Shown here one piece after another: positions 16,735-18,381 of a DNA stretch of 18,381 nt. Positions within the stretch are counted from its first letter, which is position 1; every line of letters begins with the position of its first letter. Source of the DNA: a virus; the UHGV virus genome UHGV-1767510. One strand, written 5' to 3'. The position numbers were made by a program, and so were the translations under genes. Below the pieces are notes generated by a model. The model made no database searches. It worked only from the letters and a program-made list of their open reading frames with translations, and was not told the origin of the DNA.

Positions 16735-17383
16735 TGGCAGCAAATACCGAAATATTTGGGTAGTTGGCGATCTGCACGGATGCTACACGAACCTGATGAA
16801 AAAACTGGAGACGATAGGATTCGACACCAAAAAAGACCTGCTTATCTCGGTTGGCGATTTGGTCGATCGCGGTACAGAGAACGTCGAATGCCTGGAATTA
16901 ATCACATTCCCCTGGTTCAGAGCTGTACGTGGAAACCATGAGCAAATGATGATTGATGGCTTATCAGAGCGCGGAAACGTCAATCACTGGATGCTTAATG
17001 GCGGTGGCTGGTTCTTTAATCTCGATTACGACAAAGAAATTCTGGCTAAAGCTCTTGCCCATAAAGCAGATGAACTTCCGTTAATCATCGAACTGGTGAG
17101 CAAAGATAAAAAATATGTCATCTGCCACGCCGATTATCCTTGTGACGAATACGAGTTTGGAAAGCCAGTTGATCATCAGCAGGTAATCTGGAACCGAGAA
17201 CGAATCAGCAACTCACAAGACGGGATCGTGAAAGAAATTAAAGGCGCGGACACGTTCATCTTTGGTCATACGCCAGCAGTGAAACCGCTCAAATTTGCCA
17301 ACCAGATGTATATCGATACCGGCGCAGTGTTCTGCGGAAAGCTCACATTGATTCAGGTACAGGGAGAAGGCGCGTGGGCATAA
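16712..17383 (+). CDS. ninI: Serine/threonine protein phosphatase (lambda PPase / NinI family)
   Basis: Metallophosphatase motifs GDLHG, GDLVDRG and GNHE. Start [25 protein letters not shown]... at 16712, inside the longer track ORF. Confidence 0.85.
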   Translation: MRYYERIDGSKYRNIWVVGDLHGCYTNLMKKLETIGFDTKKDLLISVGDLVDRGTENVECLELITFPWFRAVRGNHEQMMIDGLSERGNVNHWMLNGGGWFFNLDYDKEILAKALAHKADELPLIIELVSKDKKYVICHADYPCDEYEFGKPVDHQQVIWNRERISNSQDGIVKEIKGADTFIFGHTPAVKPLKFANQMYIDTGAVFCGKLTLIQVQGEGAWA

Positions 17384-17892
17384 GAGAACTAAACCTCACC
17401 AAAGAACAGCATGAGTGGCTGAATGGCTGGCTTGAACTGTGGGGCGCATGGGTTTATTCAGGTCGTCTGGAAAAGCGCATGAGCAGCGTAATAGCGAAGT
17501 TCATGGAGAGCGTAGAGCCGGGAAGAGTTATGACAAGGCCAATGTGTAATGATGATGATGGAATGTTGATTTCTCAGGTCGTCGATTCCGTCATGTACAT
17601 TGACAAGAAAGCCTTTGGCATCCTCCTCAGCTACTACGCTCATGGTTCATCTAAGCGAGCAATTGCATCCTACTATCACGCGACTGCAAAGCCACGCAAG
17701 ATGTGTGGACGTGGTGGCGAGGGATGGAGAAAACCTTCAATGGCAACCTGTAGAAACGAAATTGACGACATCCTGAAAGCGTCGTTATTTGTTTTGTACC
17801 AGCCAATGCAAAATGCTTTCAAAATGCGTAAACGTGTTGAGAAAGTTAAGCATGTTGCTGTTAAAAGCCTTGACATGCAATTATCTATTTAG
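17374..17892 (+). CDS. Q: Late-gene antiterminator Q-like protein (non-lambda Q type)
   Basis: 172 aa. GTG start with AGGGAGAAGG RBS. Positioned after ninI and directly upstream of a pR'-like promoter, terminator and holin; contains Cys/His residues. The call rests on position, not on recognised sequence identity. Confidence 0.5.
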   Translation: MGIRELNLTKEQHEWLNGWLELWGAWVYSGRLEKRMSSVIAKFMESVEPGRVMTRPMCNDDDGMLISQVVDSVMYIDKKAFGILLSYYAHGSSKRAIASYYHATAKPRKMCGRGGEGWRKPSMATCRNEIDDILKASLFVLYQPMQNAFKMRKRVEKVKHVAVKSLDMQLSI

Positions 17893-17953
17893 CCATAATT
17901 AGAAGGTAAGCTGCCGTTAGTGACTCTTAAGTTGCAACGGTGGCTTTTTTTAT
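17870..17953 (+). promoter_or_regulatory. pR'-like late promoter with downstream tR'-like terminator (Q action site)
   Basis: -35 TTGACA (17870-17875) and -10-like CATAAT (17894-17899), then a hairpin (about 17913-17944) and a 9-T run (17945-17953). Confidence 0.4.
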
Positions 17954-17955
17954 TT

Positions 17956-18030
17956 GGGTCAGTCGTATAAAGGTCATTACGGAAGGCTGTTAACCTTCTT
18001 ATCGTGGTTCGAGTCCACGCTGTCCCGCCA
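17956..18030 (+). tRNA. tRNA-like gene, anticodon GUU (Asn) by manual folding; possibly degenerate
   Basis: Manual cloverleaf: acceptor gggtcag/ctgtccc with one T-T mismatch, D-arm with GG, perfect anticodon stem gaagg/ccttc with loop CTGTTAA, T-arm cgtgg-TTCGAGT-ccacg, discriminator G and encoded CCA. Confidence 0.45.
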
Positions 18031-18035
18031 AACAT

Positions 18036-18111
18036 GCTGGTTTAGCTCCAATGGTAGAGCAGTCGCCTTGTAAGCGAATGGGTAGCGGTTCAAGTCCGTT
18101 AACCAGCACCA
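18036..18111 (+). tRNA. tRNA gene, anticodon UGU (Thr) by manual folding
   Basis: Manual cloverleaf: perfect 7-bp acceptor gctggtt/aaccagc, D-arm gctc-CAATGGTA-gagc, anticodon loop CTTGTAA (stem with one G-A mismatch), T-arm agcgg-TTCAAGT-ccgtt, discriminator A and encoded CCA. Confidence 0.7.
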
Positions 18112-18227
18112 TAACTGAGCCGTAGCCACTGGCTATCCTGAACTCATCAGTGATAGTTACGCTGCGGCCTTCTTTCCCCCTTCCCAATATAAGAACTACG
18201 CAATCCGTTACTGGCGGAGGCGTTGCT

Positions 18228-18381
18228 ATGAAATCAATGGACAAAATCTCAACTGGCATTGCCTACGGAACATCCGCTGGTAGTGCGGGATACTGGTTTT
18301 TGCAGTGGTTGGATCAGGTCAGTCCATCACAGTGGGCTGCGATTGGTGTACTGGGGAGTCTGGTTCTGGGCTTCCTGACAT
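18228..18381 (+). CDS. S: Class II holin / pinholin (phage 21 S21 type), 5' part (runs off right edge)
   Basis: [51 protein letters not shown]... matches the phage 21 S21 pinholin N-terminus, including the dual-start MKSM motif. Confidence 0.85.
   Translation, partial: MKSMDKISTGIAYGTSAGSAGYWFLQWLDQVSPSQWAAIGVLGSLVLGFLT

Noticed and set aside
17999-18259. 86-aa - strand ORF spanning the tRNA region
   Set aside because: Overlaps two well-folded tRNA-like sequences and the start of the holin gene; open frame explained by the structured RNA sequence.

Overview
This window is the early/immunity region of a mosaic lambdoid prophage (enterobacterial), running from the leftward pL operon through the rightward pR operon to the start of the lysis cassette. 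Calls rest on reading the sequence and on recalled similarity to phage lambda, P22 and phage 21 proteins; no searches were run. Leftward (- strand): accessory ea-like genes, a Sak4-like ATPase with an SSB-like partner in place of Red exo/bet, kil, cIII, a membrane protein, antiterminator N, and oL/pL. The immunity core is lambda-type: cI, oR1-3 and cro are near-identical to lambda. Rightward (+ strand): cII-like, replication initiator O with internal iteron origin, a 968-aa primase-helicase carrying a 341-aa LAGLIDADG intein in its Walker A loop, a free-standing HNH endonuclease in an AT-rich island, a nin region (NinB, Dam-family methyltransferase, NinE/F/G/H, NinI phosphatase), a Q-like antiterminator, two tRNA-like genes and the start of an S21-type pinholin. 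The most interesting locus is a translationally coupled two-gene cassette (5586..6994, - strand) sitting exactly where lambda carries rexA/rexB: a 159-aa protein with a nucleotidyltransferase-fold motif plus a 310-aa protein I cannot assign. I propose it as a candidate uncharacterised defence or exclusion module.
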